From a virus (lineage: Duplodnaviria; Caudoviricetes), in the IMG/VR virus record IMGVR_UViG_3300042922_000620, positions 1-63,802 of that record: a stretch of DNA of 63,802 nt; one strand, written 5' to 3'. Positions 8,196 through 17,772 of the stretch are shown here, one piece after another. The position numbers and the translations under genes were made by a program. Below the pieces are notes generated by a model. The model did not search any database, was not told where the DNA came from, and saw only the letters and a program-made list of their open reading frames with translations. Position 1 is the stretch's first letter; each line of letters starts with the position of its first letter.

Positions 8196-8360
8196 ATGCC
8201 ACGGGGATCGAAGCCGGTAGAGGGCGAGGTGCGTGACGCCACCGTCTGCGTCCGCTTCACAGGCAAGACCGCGAAGGCCATGGACGCCAGGCGGGGGTCG
8301 CTCTCTCGGTCGGACTACGTGCGCGCAGCCGTCAACGAGAAGAATGCCCGCGAGAAGTGA
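8196..8360 (+). CDS. Ribbon-helix-helix DNA-binding protein (54 aa, not in ORF track)
   Basis: TVCVRFTGKTAKAMDARRGSLSRSDYVRAAV: strand plus two helices with S-x-Y-V-R. Confidence 0.7.
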   Translation: MPRGSKPVEGEVRDATVCVRFTGKTAKAMDARRGSLSRSDYVRAAVNEKNAREK

Positions 8361-9124
8361 ACGAGCGCGACGACGAAGACGACCGCCTGAACCCGCTGGT
8401 CCTGGACCTGTCGGCGTTCGATCCGACCACGGAGGCCGGGCGCAAGGGTATGCGCGACGCCCTGCGGGGTGGACGCGGCCGCGGGCAGTCGGGCACGCAC
8501 CCGTGGGACGAGGATGAACCCAAGGACGAGCCCATCCCGTCGGCGCCGAAGAAGGAACTCGACATCGTCCCGGGCCGACAGCGCGGCGGGATCACCGACC
8601 GGGCGCGCGCGGCCGCCAACCTCAAGGTCGACGGCTTCTCCTACCAAGAGATCGCCGAGACGCTCGAGTTTAAGGACGCCCGGGAGGCCAAGCGCGAGGT
8701 CGAGCGGGTGCTCGCGCTGACCCACTCCACCGACGACTACGAGACGCTGCGCATCCTGGCGGCCTCCCGCGCCGAGCAGCGCCTGCGGCTGTCCTCGATC
8801 ATGGCCGGCACCGACTTCCTGATCGTCACGGACGACGAGGGCAACGAGGTCCGCATCCCCAACGACAAGAAGTTCCAGTGGCACCAGCAGGCTGGCGTCG
8901 ATCTCATGAACTGGGCGACCATCACCGGCGCCAAGGCACCCACGAAGATCGAACTGAACCCCGACGTGGAGGCCATGGAGGCTCTCGTCAGCCGCATCGC
9001 CGCCGCCGCGGGCCACGAGGACGTGCTCGAGGCCGAGGTGATAGACCTGGACGTGGTGCCGGACGGTCCCATGACCGGGGATTACGGCCCCGTCGGGGAG
9101 GATGACGACGATGAGGAGCCGTAA
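8357..9124 (+). CDS. HTH protein, possible terminase small subunit
   Basis: LKVDGFSYQEIAETL HTH; upstream of terminase large subunit. Confidence 0.6.
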   Translation: MNERDDEDDRLNPLVLDLSAFDPTTEAGRKGMRDALRGGRGRGQSGTHPWDEDEPKDEPIPSAPKKELDIVPGRQRGGITDRARAAANLKVDGFSYQEIAETLEFKDAREAKREVERVLALTHSTDDYETLRILAASRAEQRLRLSSIMAGTDFLIVTDDEGNEVRIPNDKKFQWHQQAGVDLMNWATITGAKAPTKIELNPDVEAMEALVSRIAAAAGHEDVLEAEVIDLDVVPDGPMTGDYGPVGEDDDDEEP

Positions 9125-9485
9125 GGGACCCAAGATCGACCCGCACGACGTCGTCAAGGCCGGGATCGCCGCCCTGCCAGCGAAATCCGTCGGCGACGCG
9201 CGCGATGTGATCGCCGTGGACGTCGATTTCCGCCGGCCGACGTACGGAATGGTCATCGAGGCCGCCAAAGCGCGCCGTCTGAGCGTCCCGGCGTACATCC
9301 GGCGCGCGGTGTACGCCTTCGCGGCGCACGATCTCGAGATTCCGCTGCAGGATGCCCTCGATCGAGACCCGCGGGTGACCCGCGACACTGGATACAGCCT
9401 GCAGGACCCCACCGGGACGCTGTTTGGGCACTGGGAGATCGCCAGGCTCGTCGGCGAGGAGGTGCCGGATGAGCCTGTCGCTTGA
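9111..9485 (+). CDS. Ribbon-helix-helix-like protein
   Basis: VDVDFRRPTYGMVIEAAKARRLSVPAYIRRAV. Confidence 0.6.
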   Translation: MRSRKGPKIDPHDVVKAGIAALPAKSVGDARDVIAVDVDFRRPTYGMVIEAAKARRLSVPAYIRRAVYAFAAHDLEIPLQDALDRDPRVTRDTGYSLQDPTGTLFGHWEIARLVGEEVPDEPVA

Positions 9486-10956
9486 TCTGCCCTCCAACGA
9501 CGGCGAACTCGAGGAGTACATCCGGAAACTGAGCCCGTCGGCCAAGAAGGACCTCGCCGCGCGTCTGGATGCACGCATGAAGGCGACCAAGCAGGTCTGG
9601 TTCTGCGGCGACCGGCGCTGTGATGGTGAACCCCACGGTCGATTCCCGTACAAGCACGCGCGCGGCTCGAAGCGGGAGGACGGTCGCGGCTCGCAGTACC
9701 CGCCGCTCGGGATCGACTGGCTGGTCTGGCTTATGCTCGCCGGCCGTGGTGCTGGGAAGTCCGCGACGGGGTCGGGCTACTCCTCCACCATCGTCAAGAA
9801 GATCCCGTCGATCGCCCTCATCGGGCCGACGATGCCCGCTGTGCGCCGATTCATGATCGAGGGTGACTCGGGTCTCATCAAGGCGTGCGAGCGCCGTGGA
9901 GAGCCGGGCAACTACGAGCCGTCGAAGCAGCGCTTCACGTTCCACAACGGCGCCGTGGCCGAACTGTTCAGCGCCGAGGAGCCCGACCGTCTCCGAGGCG
10001 GCAACTTCGGATTCGTCTGGGCTGACGAGAACGCCCACTGGGCCGACGCGGCGTACGTGTGGAAGCAGATGCTGCTGACGCTGCGCGTCGGTCTGCGGCC
10101 GCACGTGTTCGCGTCGACGACGCCGATCCCGTCGGACTACATGAAGGAACTCCGCAGCAAGCCGACCACCCGCGTGGTGGCTGGGTCGACCTACGACAAT
10201 CGGTCGAACCTCTCGCCGGTCTACTTCCAGACCCTCATGGACGAGTTCGAGGGCACGTACCTCGGACGCCAGGAGATCTACGGCGAGATCATCGACGACC
10301 GCCAGGGCGCGCTGTGGACCAGCCTGCAATTCCAGGAGGAGGACTTCTACTTCACCGACGAGGTCATCCCCTCCCTGGACCGCGTGCTCGTGGGGATCGA
10401 CCCGGCGGGCTCGAACAACAAGCGCTCGGACGAAACGGGCATCATCGTCGGCGGCAAGCGCGGCGAGATCCTCCACGCCCTGGATGACTTCACCGGCAAG
10501 TTCTCTCCCGCCGGCTGGGCCCGAGCGTCGATCAACGCCTACGAGAAGTACAGCGCCGACGCCATCGTCGTCGAGCGCAACTACGGCGGCGACATGGTGC
10601 GCACCGTCCTCAAGGCCGAAGGCTTCGACGGGCGCATCATCGAAGCGCAGGCGACCGAGTCCAAGCGGGTGCGCGCCGAGCCGATCGCAGCCAAGTATGA
10701 GCAGCACAAGGTGCGCCACCGCCGCGGTGGGATGCTAGCCAAACTCGAGTCCGAGCAGGTCTCGTGGATCCCCGGCGAGGGGAAGTCACCGAACCGGCTG
10801 GACGCCTGGGTCTGGGTAGCGACAGCGCTGACCAAGCGCGGCGGCCCGATGCAGATGCCCAACGCCCGTGGCCTCAGCACGTCCATCGGGCCACAGCCGT
10901 ACCAGGGGCCCGGATCGCGGGCATCCCGCAAGCGAGCACAGAGGGGAATCCGATGA
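9469..10956 (+). CDS. terL: Terminase large subunit
   Basis: Walker A GRGAGKS, LRG..WADE Walker B, STTP coupling motif, GIDP...DETG and PNRLDA nuclease motifs. Confidence 0.95.
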   Translation: MSLSLDLPSNDGELEEYIRKLSPSAKKDLAARLDARMKATKQVWFCGDRRCDGEPHGRFPYKHARGSKREDGRGSQYPPLGIDWLVWLMLAGRGAGKSATGSGYSSTIVKKIPSIALIGPTMPAVRRFMIEGDSGLIKACERRGEPGNYEPSKQRFTFHNGAVAELFSAEEPDRLRGGNFGFVWADENAHWADAAYVWKQMLLTLRVGLRPHVFASTTPIPSDYMKELRSKPTTRVVAGSTYDNRSNLSPVYFQTLMDEFEGTYLGRQEIYGEIIDDRQGALWTSLQFQEEDFYFTDEVIPSLDRVLVGIDPAGSNNKRSDETGIIVGGKRGEILHALDDFTGKFSPAGWARASINAYEKYSADAIVVERNYGGDMVRTVLKAEGFDGRIIEAQATESKRVRAEPIAAKYEQHKVRHRRGGMLAKLESEQVSWIPGEGKSPNRLDAWVWVATALTKRGGPMQMPNARGLSTSIGPQPYQGPGSRASRKRAQRGIR

Positions 10957-11330
10957 CCGAACTGATCGAAGCCGTGGGGATCTGGTGGTGGCCACTGGCC
11001 ATCGTCGTGCTGATCCTCGGGCCCGCACGACTGAGCCGCATCGTGGTGCACGACCTGTTCCCGCCCGCCGCGTGGCTGCGCCAGCGCTGGTCGGACTGGG
11101 TGGTCAAGCACAACCACGAGTCCTGGGGACCGCTACTGTTCTGCTTCTGGTGCTTCACCCCGTGGGTGACGCTGGTCGCACTCGGGTGGTTCGTGCTCGG
11201 CCTGTACGTGACCTGGATCCTGTGGTTCTGGTGGTTCTTCTGGGGCTGGCTCGCGATCGCCTACGTCGGCTCGATCGTGCTGGCGTATGACTCCCCGCAG
11301 GAAGACGAGACGCAGGAGGACGAGTCGTGA
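10953..11330 (+). CDS. Trp-rich membrane protein (CFWC)
   Basis: Multiple TM helices; DUF1360-like family often found next to terminase. Confidence 0.7.
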   Translation: MTELIEAVGIWWWPLAIVVLILGPARLSRIVVHDLFPPAAWLRQRWSDWVVKHNHESWGPLLFCFWCFTPWVTLVALGWFVLGLYVTWILWFWWFFWGWLAIAYVGSIVLAYDSPQEDETQEDES

Positions 11331-11601
11331 CCGGGATGGTGCACTTCGGCTCACCTGAGGGTGTGTCCTACGACGATCCGCCCGAGCCCGATCCGAAGCC
11401 CATGCTCCACTTCGGATCTCCGGAGGTGAAGTCGTGAAGTTCTGGCTCGGAGTGGGCGCCGGCATCCTCGCGGCGTGGGGCGCGTTCGCGGTGATGATGT
11501 GGGGCGAGGCGCACTACTACCGCCTGCAGGCCGAGGGCCCGAAGAAGCCGAGCGTGCCGCCGACCCCGCGGCCACAGACCTACCGGAAGCGCCTGGCATG
11601 A
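11327..11601 (+). CDS. Two micro-ORFs: 11327-11437 (36 aa) and 11434-11601 (55 aa, membrane)
   Basis: Read by hand; GTGA/ATGA coupling fills the gap exactly. Confidence 0.55.
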
Positions 11602-11981
11602 CTCCCCTCGCGTGGTCCTTCCTGCTGTCGGCCATCGGCATCGTCGGCATCCTGCTGGCCGGCTCGAAGCGTAAGGTCGGCTGGGTCGTCGGCTTCTTCG
11701 TCCAGCCGCTATGGATCATCTTCGCGGTCACGACCGAGCAGTACGGGTTCATCCTGAACGCGGTGATCTACGCCGCCGTCTACGGGCGCAACTGGATACT
11801 GTGGCGGCGTGATGAACGAATCGAGCGGGAGGCCGCGACCACGGTCCTCCGGGCGCTCAGCGACGGCGGCCCATTGCCACCCCACCCCAAGGAGCGGCGC
11901 ACTGCGCCCCCCACGGCAGGACCGAAGGGTCCGGCAGGCAACTCCGGCGCGGCGAGCCGTTACTTCGGTGGCGGGAGATAG
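11598..11981 (+). CDS. PnuC-like small membrane protein
   Basis: Three TM helices, KRKVGW..QPLW..EQYG..RNW pattern. Confidence 0.6.
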   Translation: MTPLAWSFLLSAIGIVGILLAGSKRKVGWVVGFFVQPLWIIFAVTTEQYGFILNAVIYAAVYGRNWILWRRDERIEREAATTVLRALSDGGPLPPHPKERRTAPPTAGPKGPAGNSGAASRYFGGGR

Positions 11982-12042
11982 CCGCGCTATGATGCGACAC
12001 AGGGCGCACGCCCTACTCGACCTTGCCGTGAAGGGGTAGCAG

Positions 12043-13893
12043 ATGCCGAGGGGTGGTCCGGTCTTCCGCAGCGAGGTGGTCAAGGCCCCCAAGGCGCCCG
12101 GCGCCCTCACCGCAGCAGCCAAGGTCTATCAGAATGGACCCGGCGCGCAGTCGATCCGAAAGCAGGGCCGACGCGCCCGCTCGATCGAGTATCAGAACGA
12201 CCTCTGGGACTTCTACGACACGGTGCCGGAGTTCCGGTTCGCTTGCTCGTGGGTGGGCAGTCTGCTGTCCAAGGTGCGGCTGAACGTCACCTACAAGGGC
12301 AAGCCCACCACCAATCAGGCGGCGCTCGACGCTCTCGCATCACTGTTCGGCGGACCCGAGGGCCAGGCCGAGATGATGCGGCTGCTCGGCATCAACTTCA
12401 CGGTGTGCGGCGAGGCGTTCGTCGTCGGCAAGCCGGACCCCTCATCCCACCAGGACGACTGGCAGGTGATCGCGTCGGTCGAGGTGTCGAACAACGGCAC
12501 GACGCTGACCATCGAGCAAGAGCCCATCGACGACGAGACGCTGGCGATCCGCCTGTGGCGCGTCCACCCTCGCCGCTCGTCCGAAGCCGACTCGCCCTCG
12601 CGCGCGCTCATGCCGGTCCTGGCCGAGATCGTGATGCTGACCCAGGTCGTGAACGCCCAGGGCTCGTCCCGCCTCACATCCTCCGGCATCCTCTGGATCC
12701 CGTCCGAGATCGAGATGCCGGCACTCCCCGTCACTGAGGAGAGCATCGACCCCGACGCGGAGATCTCGTCGATCCAGGAGGCGGGCAACGCCGCCGATGC
12801 CGTGACGACGCGACTCGTGAAGATCGCATCCATCGCCATCGGGGACCGCTCGTCGGCCGCCGCGAACGTGCCGTTCGTCATCGCCGCCCCGGGCGAGCAC
12901 CTCGAGAAGATCCAGAAGACCGAGTTCTGGTCCGGCTTCGACGAGCACGCCAAGACTCTCCGCGACGAGGCGATCCGCCGCGTCGGCGTCGGCATGGACA
13001 TGCCGCCCGAGGTGCTCACCGGCACCGGCGAGATCAACCACTGGGGCGCGTGGTCGGTCGAGGAGGCGGCGATCAAGTCGCACACCGAGCCCCTCATCGA
13101 CATCATCGTCAACTCGCTGTCCACCGGCTACCTCCACGCATGGCTCGAGTCCGAGGGTGTCGAGGACTGGGAGAACTACGCGTTCGACGCCGACACCACG
13201 GAACTGCGCCTGCGCCCCAACCGCTCGAAGGAAGCGATGGAACTGTGGGACCGCGGCGCGATCTCCATCGAGACGCTGCTGCGCGAGAACGGCTTCGACC
13301 CCGACACCGACCGCCCCGACGAGGCGGAGCGCATCATGTTCTTCCTCATGAAGGTGGCCGAGAAGACCTCCGCCACACCGCAGCAACTGGCGGCCGCACT
13401 GCAGCAACTCGGCGTGAAGGGCATCCCGGCGGGCGAGGACGCGCGCGGGGCCATCGAGCCGCGGCGCTCGCTCGAGGATCATCCGTCGCAGGACATCCCC
13501 GTCCAGGAGGAGTCCGAGGCGGGCAACCCGCGCGGGCTGAACGCCTCGGGCCAGCCGGTCATCATCGACCCGCTCGTGCTGGCCTGCGAGGCGCACGTGC
13601 ACCGCGCTCTCGAGCGCGCCGGCAACCGGCTCAAGAACAGGGTCGACGGCCGCGTGGGTCGAGTCGCCGCGGATCTCTACCTCACGGCACCACAGATGGA
13701 CTTCAAGGAGTGCGAGGCGCTGCTCGAGGACGCCTGGGGCATGTTGGACCGCTTCGAGTACCCGGGCATCTCGACCGAGCGGCTGCGGGAGGCGCTGAAC
13801 GAGTACACCCTGTTCCTGCTGCGCACCCAGAAGCCCATGTCGCGCGCCACCCTCGCCCGGCATCTGATGCTGGAGTTGGCGGATGCAGCCTGA
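12043..13893 (+). CDS. Portal protein
   Basis: 616 aa after terminase; WDFYDTVPEFRF, GMDMPPEVLTG..NHW motifs of actinophage portals. Confidence 0.9.
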   Translation: MPRGGPVFRSEVVKAPKAPGALTAAAKVYQNGPGAQSIRKQGRRARSIEYQNDLWDFYDTVPEFRFACSWVGSLLSKVRLNVTYKGKPTTNQAALDALASLFGGPEGQAEMMRLLGINFTVCGEAFVVGKPDPSSHQDDWQVIASVEVSNNGTTLTIEQEPIDDETLAIRLWRVHPRRSSEADSPSRALMPVLAEIVMLTQVVNAQGSSRLTSSGILWIPSEIEMPALPVTEESIDPDAEISSIQEAGNAADAVTTRLVKIASIAIGDRSSAAANVPFVIAAPGEHLEKIQKTEFWSGFDEHAKTLRDEAIRRVGVGMDMPPEVLTGTGEINHWGAWSVEEAAIKSHTEPLIDIIVNSLSTGYLHAWLESEGVEDWENYAFDADTTELRLRPNRSKEAMELWDRGAISIETLLRENGFDPDTDRPDEAERIMFFLMKVAEKTSATPQQLAAALQQLGVKGIPAGEDARGAIEPRRSLEDHPSQDIPVQEESEAGNPRGLNASGQPVIIDPLVLACEAHVHRALERAGNRLKNRVDGRVGRVAADLYLTAPQMDFKECEALLEDAWGMLDRFEYPGISTERLREALNEYTLFLLRTQKPMSRATLARHLMLELADAA

Positions 13894-16800
13894 GGCGTTC
13901 GCAGCGGCACGGCGGGAGCAGTTGCTCCTCGCCGACGAGAGGCTGGGTCCTGCCGTCGAGTTGGGGCTCATGCGCTACCTCAACGGCGAGGATGGCTGGG
14001 CGAGCATCATCCGCGACACGGCGGGCCAGATCTGGCTCGAGCACTACGTGGCCGAGTCGCCGGGGCGCGACTACGACCGTGCGCTCGCACGCTTCCGGGA
14101 GGCCGTGGGTGAGGCGCTCTCGCGCACCTCGCAGCCGACCGGCGATGTGACGCAGGCGCAGGTAGGCCGCATCGTCCGCTGGCTGTCCACCTACAGCGTG
14201 AACGCCGGGACGATCTCCGGCGCGTACGGGCGCGGCATCCGGTTCAAGCGCTGGACGACCATGAACGACGCCGACGTGCGCGAGATCCACGAGCACCTCG
14301 ACGGGCAGATCCGCCCCATCGGCGGGACCTTCGACGTCGCCGGGCACCGCCTGCCCTACCCTGCGGTGCCCGTGGGTCCGCCGGAGGTGTGGATCGAGTG
14401 CCGCTGCGTGGCGCAGCCGGCATCCCGCGAGGGCGAGACGATGAGCGCGAACACGTTCACCATCGGCCCGGAGTACGAGATCGACGAGGAGCACGAGATC
14501 GTGAGCAACAACATTACTGCGGCCGGTGACCTGGCCAACCCTGACGGGACGCCGTACACCGGCGCGCTCGTGGTGCTCGTGCCGGCCGACTCGGACCCTG
14601 TCGTGGCGGCGTCGAGCGAGCCCGCCCACGTGACGACGGTGTGGTTCGGCGAACTAGCCGACCTCCCTGTGGATGTCGAAGAACTCGAGCAGGCGGTGCG
14701 CCTCTACGCCCAGGGTCTCGACGGCCCTGTCGTAGTTCCCGTCCGCGAGCGCGGCACGCTTGGCGACGACGACGCAGACGTCGTGTTCCTCGAGCCGACA
14801 GATTCGCTGCTGGCGCTGCGCGACGGTCTGCTGGTGAATGAGCCGATCAAGACGGCGTATGACGCCGCGGAGCAGTTCCCCGAGTGGACCCCGCACGTCA
14901 CGCTCGGCTATCCCGAGCGGCCCGCGAAGGCCGAGTACGATGCGACAGAGGTGACGTTCGACCGGATCAGCCTGTGGCTGGGCGGCGAGCACTACGACTA
15001 CCCGATGGGAGGGACCGCCGTGACTGCGGATGCTGCGATCGCAGACGAGGATGTCGTCGCCGAGGACATCCCCATGGACGAGCCCGAAGACGACGAGGAC
15101 CTCATCACCGAGATCCCCATCCACGGCGTGCTCGCGCCCGAGGGGATCCTGACCGGAGATGGCCGCGGCTTCCGCGAGGGCGCGCTGTCCACGCGGCCGC
15201 TACCCGTGCCGTACCGATACGAGTACGTGTCGTCACACGGCGGCAATCAGACTTCCGAGGTGGCCACCGTCGGCCGCATCGACCAGGCGTGGAAGCACGA
15301 GGAGACGGGCATGTGGCGCTTCATCGGCGCGATTGTGCTCGACAAGCCGTACGCCGCGGCGGCGATCTCCTCGATCATCGACGGCACCGGCTCGGGCGTC
15401 TCCATCGACGCCGACGACATGGTCCAGGACTTCTCCGACATCCTCGACGAGGAGGGCAACTACATCGAGAAGCCCTTCGACCTGGCCGAGGTGGGCAAGC
15501 AGGAGGAGATGTGGTTCTCGCAGGCGCGCGTGGCGGGCCTGACCCAGGTGCCGATCCCCGCCTTCCACCAGGCGTACGTCGCCCTGGGTGACGAGTTCGT
15601 GGAGGACATGACCGAGGAGCAGGCGCTCGCAGCGTCCGCCGCTCTCGAGGACTGCGGCTGCGACGGCGAGGTGGCGCTGGCTGCCGCCGGCGTGGACTTC
15701 CGCGACGTCTCGACGAAGGAGCGCAAGCGCCTGGCCGACGAGGGCAACGCGATGCCCGACGGCTCATACCCGATCGCCAATGAGGAGGACCTCCGCAACG
15801 CGATCCAGGCTATCGGTCGGGCCAAGGACCCGGATGCCGTCAAGGCGCACATCAAGAAGCGGGCGCGTGCACTCGGCAAGGAAGACCTGATCCCCGAGGG
15901 CTGGTCGCTCGCGCGCGGCGGGTTCGTCACCGCCGGCACCTTCGCTCTTGCTGGCGAGACCGGCATCCCCGAGTACATCGTCCCGCTCACAGTGGCGGGC
16001 GACAACCAGGAACTGCTCGCCCGGATCGCACGAGGCGACGTGTCGTTCGCACCCGGGACCAAGGACGGCCCGGGGTGGATCACCCACCCGGTCGCCACCT
16101 CGCGCATCCGCCGCTACTGGGTGCGCGGCACCGGCGCCGGCAAGATCGGCTGGGGCCGCGGCGGGGACTTCTATCGCTGCCGGAACCAACTGCGCAAGTA
16201 TGTCGCCAACCCCGACTGGCTGGACGGTCTGTGCGCAAACATGCACAAGGAGGCGACCGGCATCTGGCCCGGACAGCACGACGCCCACTCGATCCGCCAG
16301 GGCCTGGTAGCCGCCGGTACCATCACCGCCGAGCCCGCGCCGCTCGCCCGCCTGGTCGCGAGCGCGTCGCGCAAGTTCCCCGCCGCCGCGTTCGCCGAGC
16401 CCGAGGACCTGGGCCGCGCGTACGCGATGCGCATCGACCGCGAGACACGCCGGATCTGGGGCTTCGCCGCAGACTGGACCACCTGCCACATCGGCATCAC
16501 CGGCATGTGCCAGGAGCCGCCGAAGTCGCACTCGAACTACTCGTACTTCCGCAAGGGCCTGGTCGAGACCGACGCCGGCGAGCAGTCGGTGGGCCTGCTG
16601 ACGATGGGCATCGGTCACGCCGGGGAACGCGTCTCGGCTGCTGCCGCGACGGCGCACTACGACCGCACCGAGGCCGTCAAGGCGTATATCAACATCGGCG
16701 AGAACGCCTATGGGATCTGGTACGCCGGAGTGCTCGCACCCTGGGTCACCGACGACGACATCGACGCGATGCTCGCCATCCGGCGCGTCTCTGGCGACTG

Positions 16801-17128
16801 GCGTAACTGGTCGGGCCGGTACGGCGACCTCGAGATGGTGGGCCTGGTGGTCGTCAACACTGAGGGCTTCCAACTCGCGGCATCCGGCGCGCTCGACGGC
16901 ATGGTCGAAGGCGTACAGACGGCGGCGATCGGCATCGGATCCGTCGACGTCAAGGACGACGAGCCGGTGACGTCGAAAGACGTGGGCGAGACGCACGAGC
17001 AGTTCGTGCAGCGCCTGGCGGTCGAGGTGGCACGAGTCACCGCGTTCAAGGCTCGCGAGCAGGCCGCTCGTGAGCGCATCCACGCGCTGCGCGTCGCCGA
17101 CGCGCGCGCACGACTCGAGAGGATCTGA
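13883..17128 (+). CDS. MuF-like / capsid maturation protease multidomain fusion
   Basis: KRWTTMNDADVREIH...IECRC (MuF); two HVT motifs (2H); EGILTGDGR...VGRID..GVSID (protease-like); SGDWR C-terminal domain. Confidence 0.85.
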   Translation: MQPEAFAAARREQLLLADERLGPAVELGLMRYLNGEDGWASIIRDTAGQIWLEHYVAESPGRDYDRALARFREAVGEALSRTSQPTGDVTQAQVGRIVRWLSTYSVNAGTISGAYGRGIRFKRWTTMNDADVREIHEHLDGQIRPIGGTFDVAGHRLPYPAVPVGPPEVWIECRCVAQPASREGETMSANTFTIGPEYEIDEEHEIVSNNITAAGDLANPDGTPYTGALVVLVPADSDPVVAASSEPAHVTTVWFGELADLPVDVEELEQAVRLYAQGLDGPVVVPVRERGTLGDDDADVVFLEPTDSLLALRDGLLVNEPIKTAYDAAEQFPEWTPHVTLGYPERPAKAEYDATEVTFDRISLWLGGEHYDYPMGGTAVTADAAIADEDVVAEDIPMDEPEDDEDLITEIPIHGVLAPEGILTGDGRGFREGALSTRPLPVPYRYEYVSSHGGNQTSEVATVGRIDQAWKHEETGMWRFIGAIVLDKPYAAAAISSIIDGTGSGVSIDADDMVQDFSDILDEEGNYIEKPFDLAEVGKQEEMWFSQARVAGLTQVPIPAFHQAYVALGDEFVEDMTEEQALAASAALEDCGCDGEVALAAAGVDFRDVSTKERKRLADEGNAMPDGSYPIANEEDLRNAIQAIGRAKDPDAVKAHIKKRARALGKEDLIPEGWSLARGGFVTAGTFALAGETGIPEYIVPLTVAGDNQELLARIARGDVSFAPGTKDGPGWITHPVATSRIRRYWVRGTGAGKIGWGRGGDFYRCRNQLRKYVANPDWLDGLCANMHKEATGIWPGQHDAHSIRQGLVAAGTITAEPAPLARLVASASRKFPAAAFAEPEDLGRAYAMRIDRETRRIWGFAADWTTCHIGITGMCQEPPKSHSNYSYFRKGLVETDAGEQSVGLLTMGIGHAGERVSAAAATAHYDRTEAVKAYINIGENAYGIWYAGVLAPWVTDDDIDAMLAIRRVSGDWRNWSGRYGDLEMVGLVVVNTEGFQLAASGALDGMVEGVQTAAIGIGSVDVKDDEPVTSKDVGETHEQFVQRLAVEVARVTAFKAREQAARERIHALRVADARARLERI

Positions 17129-17130
17129 GC

Positions 17131-17286
17131 ATGTGCAGTTGCGGGAAGAAGAAGGGCACCACGCAGAACTTCACCCACACCTTCAAGGACGAGACTGGGA
17201 CCACCCAGCAGAAGACCTACTCGTCGGAGATGGACGCTCGCCAGGCGGCGTCCCGGCTCGGTGGAACGGTGCGCGCCGCCGCCTAA
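17131..17286 (+). CDS. Small head-region protein MCSCGKKK... (51 aa)
   Basis: Read by hand; CxC-basic start typical of the gene before the capsid in related phages. Confidence 0.7.
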   Translation: MCSCGKKKGTTQNFTHTFKDETGTTQQKTYSSEMDARQAASRLGGTVRAAA

Positions 17287-17304
17287 GCCCCACTGACGAG
17301 ACGA

Positions 17305-17339
17305 CGAGAGCCCCCATCGACTAGCGGTGGGGGCTCTCG
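17305..17339. terminator. Hairpin terminator, probably bidirectional
   Basis: CGAGAGCCCCCATCG/CGGTGGGGGCTCTCG between convergent units. Confidence 0.75.
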
Positions 17340-17395
17340 CTGCCCGGTCTCCGACGCCCTGGCCAGTAACGTCGCCCTCTACTCCGGAAGGTTTG

Positions 17396-17468
17396 CGGGC
17401 CGACCAGGGATCGAACCTGGAACCTGCGGTTTTGGAGACCGCCGCGCTGCCAATTGCGCCATCTGCCC
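17396..17468 (-). tRNA. tRNA-Trp(CCA)
   Basis: GGGCAGA..GCGC-D-GCGC..GCGGT-CTCCAAA-ACCGC..CCAGG-TTCGATC-CCTGG-TCGGCCC-G; one acceptor mismatch, no encoded CCA end. Confidence 0.9.
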
Positions 17469-17503
17469 TGGCGACCCCACGGGACCGCGGAGCCGGGGCC
17501 AGT

Positions 17504-17605
17504 CTACTCACCTCGGCGGCGCTTGTCCCACTGCACGATAGCGAACAGGATCAGCGCCACAGCAGGCATCGAGCCGACCAGCACGTAGAACCACCAGGGC
17601 ATCAT
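17504..17605 (-). CDS. 33-aa membrane peptide
   Basis: MMPWWFYVLVGSMPAVALILFAIVQWDKRRRGE. Confidence 0.5.
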   Translation of the reverse strand: MMPWWFYVLVGSMPAVALILFAIVQWDKRRRGE

Positions 17606-17772
17606 GAGCCGAGAGTATCGGCGTGTCGCGGGAAAATGTTGCAATCTGCTCAGCCTGTGTGGCACGATTCCACCAGATGTAGTGACCTCTCGGCCGTAGG
17701 CGGAGGGACACCCTGACAGCAAGAACGTCGAGGGGTGACCTTTGCCACCCCCGAACCCCGAGAGGAACGATC

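Noticed and set aside
17396-17468. tRNA as an attP/prophage integration site
   Set aside because: No integrase nearby, no duplicated tRNA 3' fragment, no host flanks
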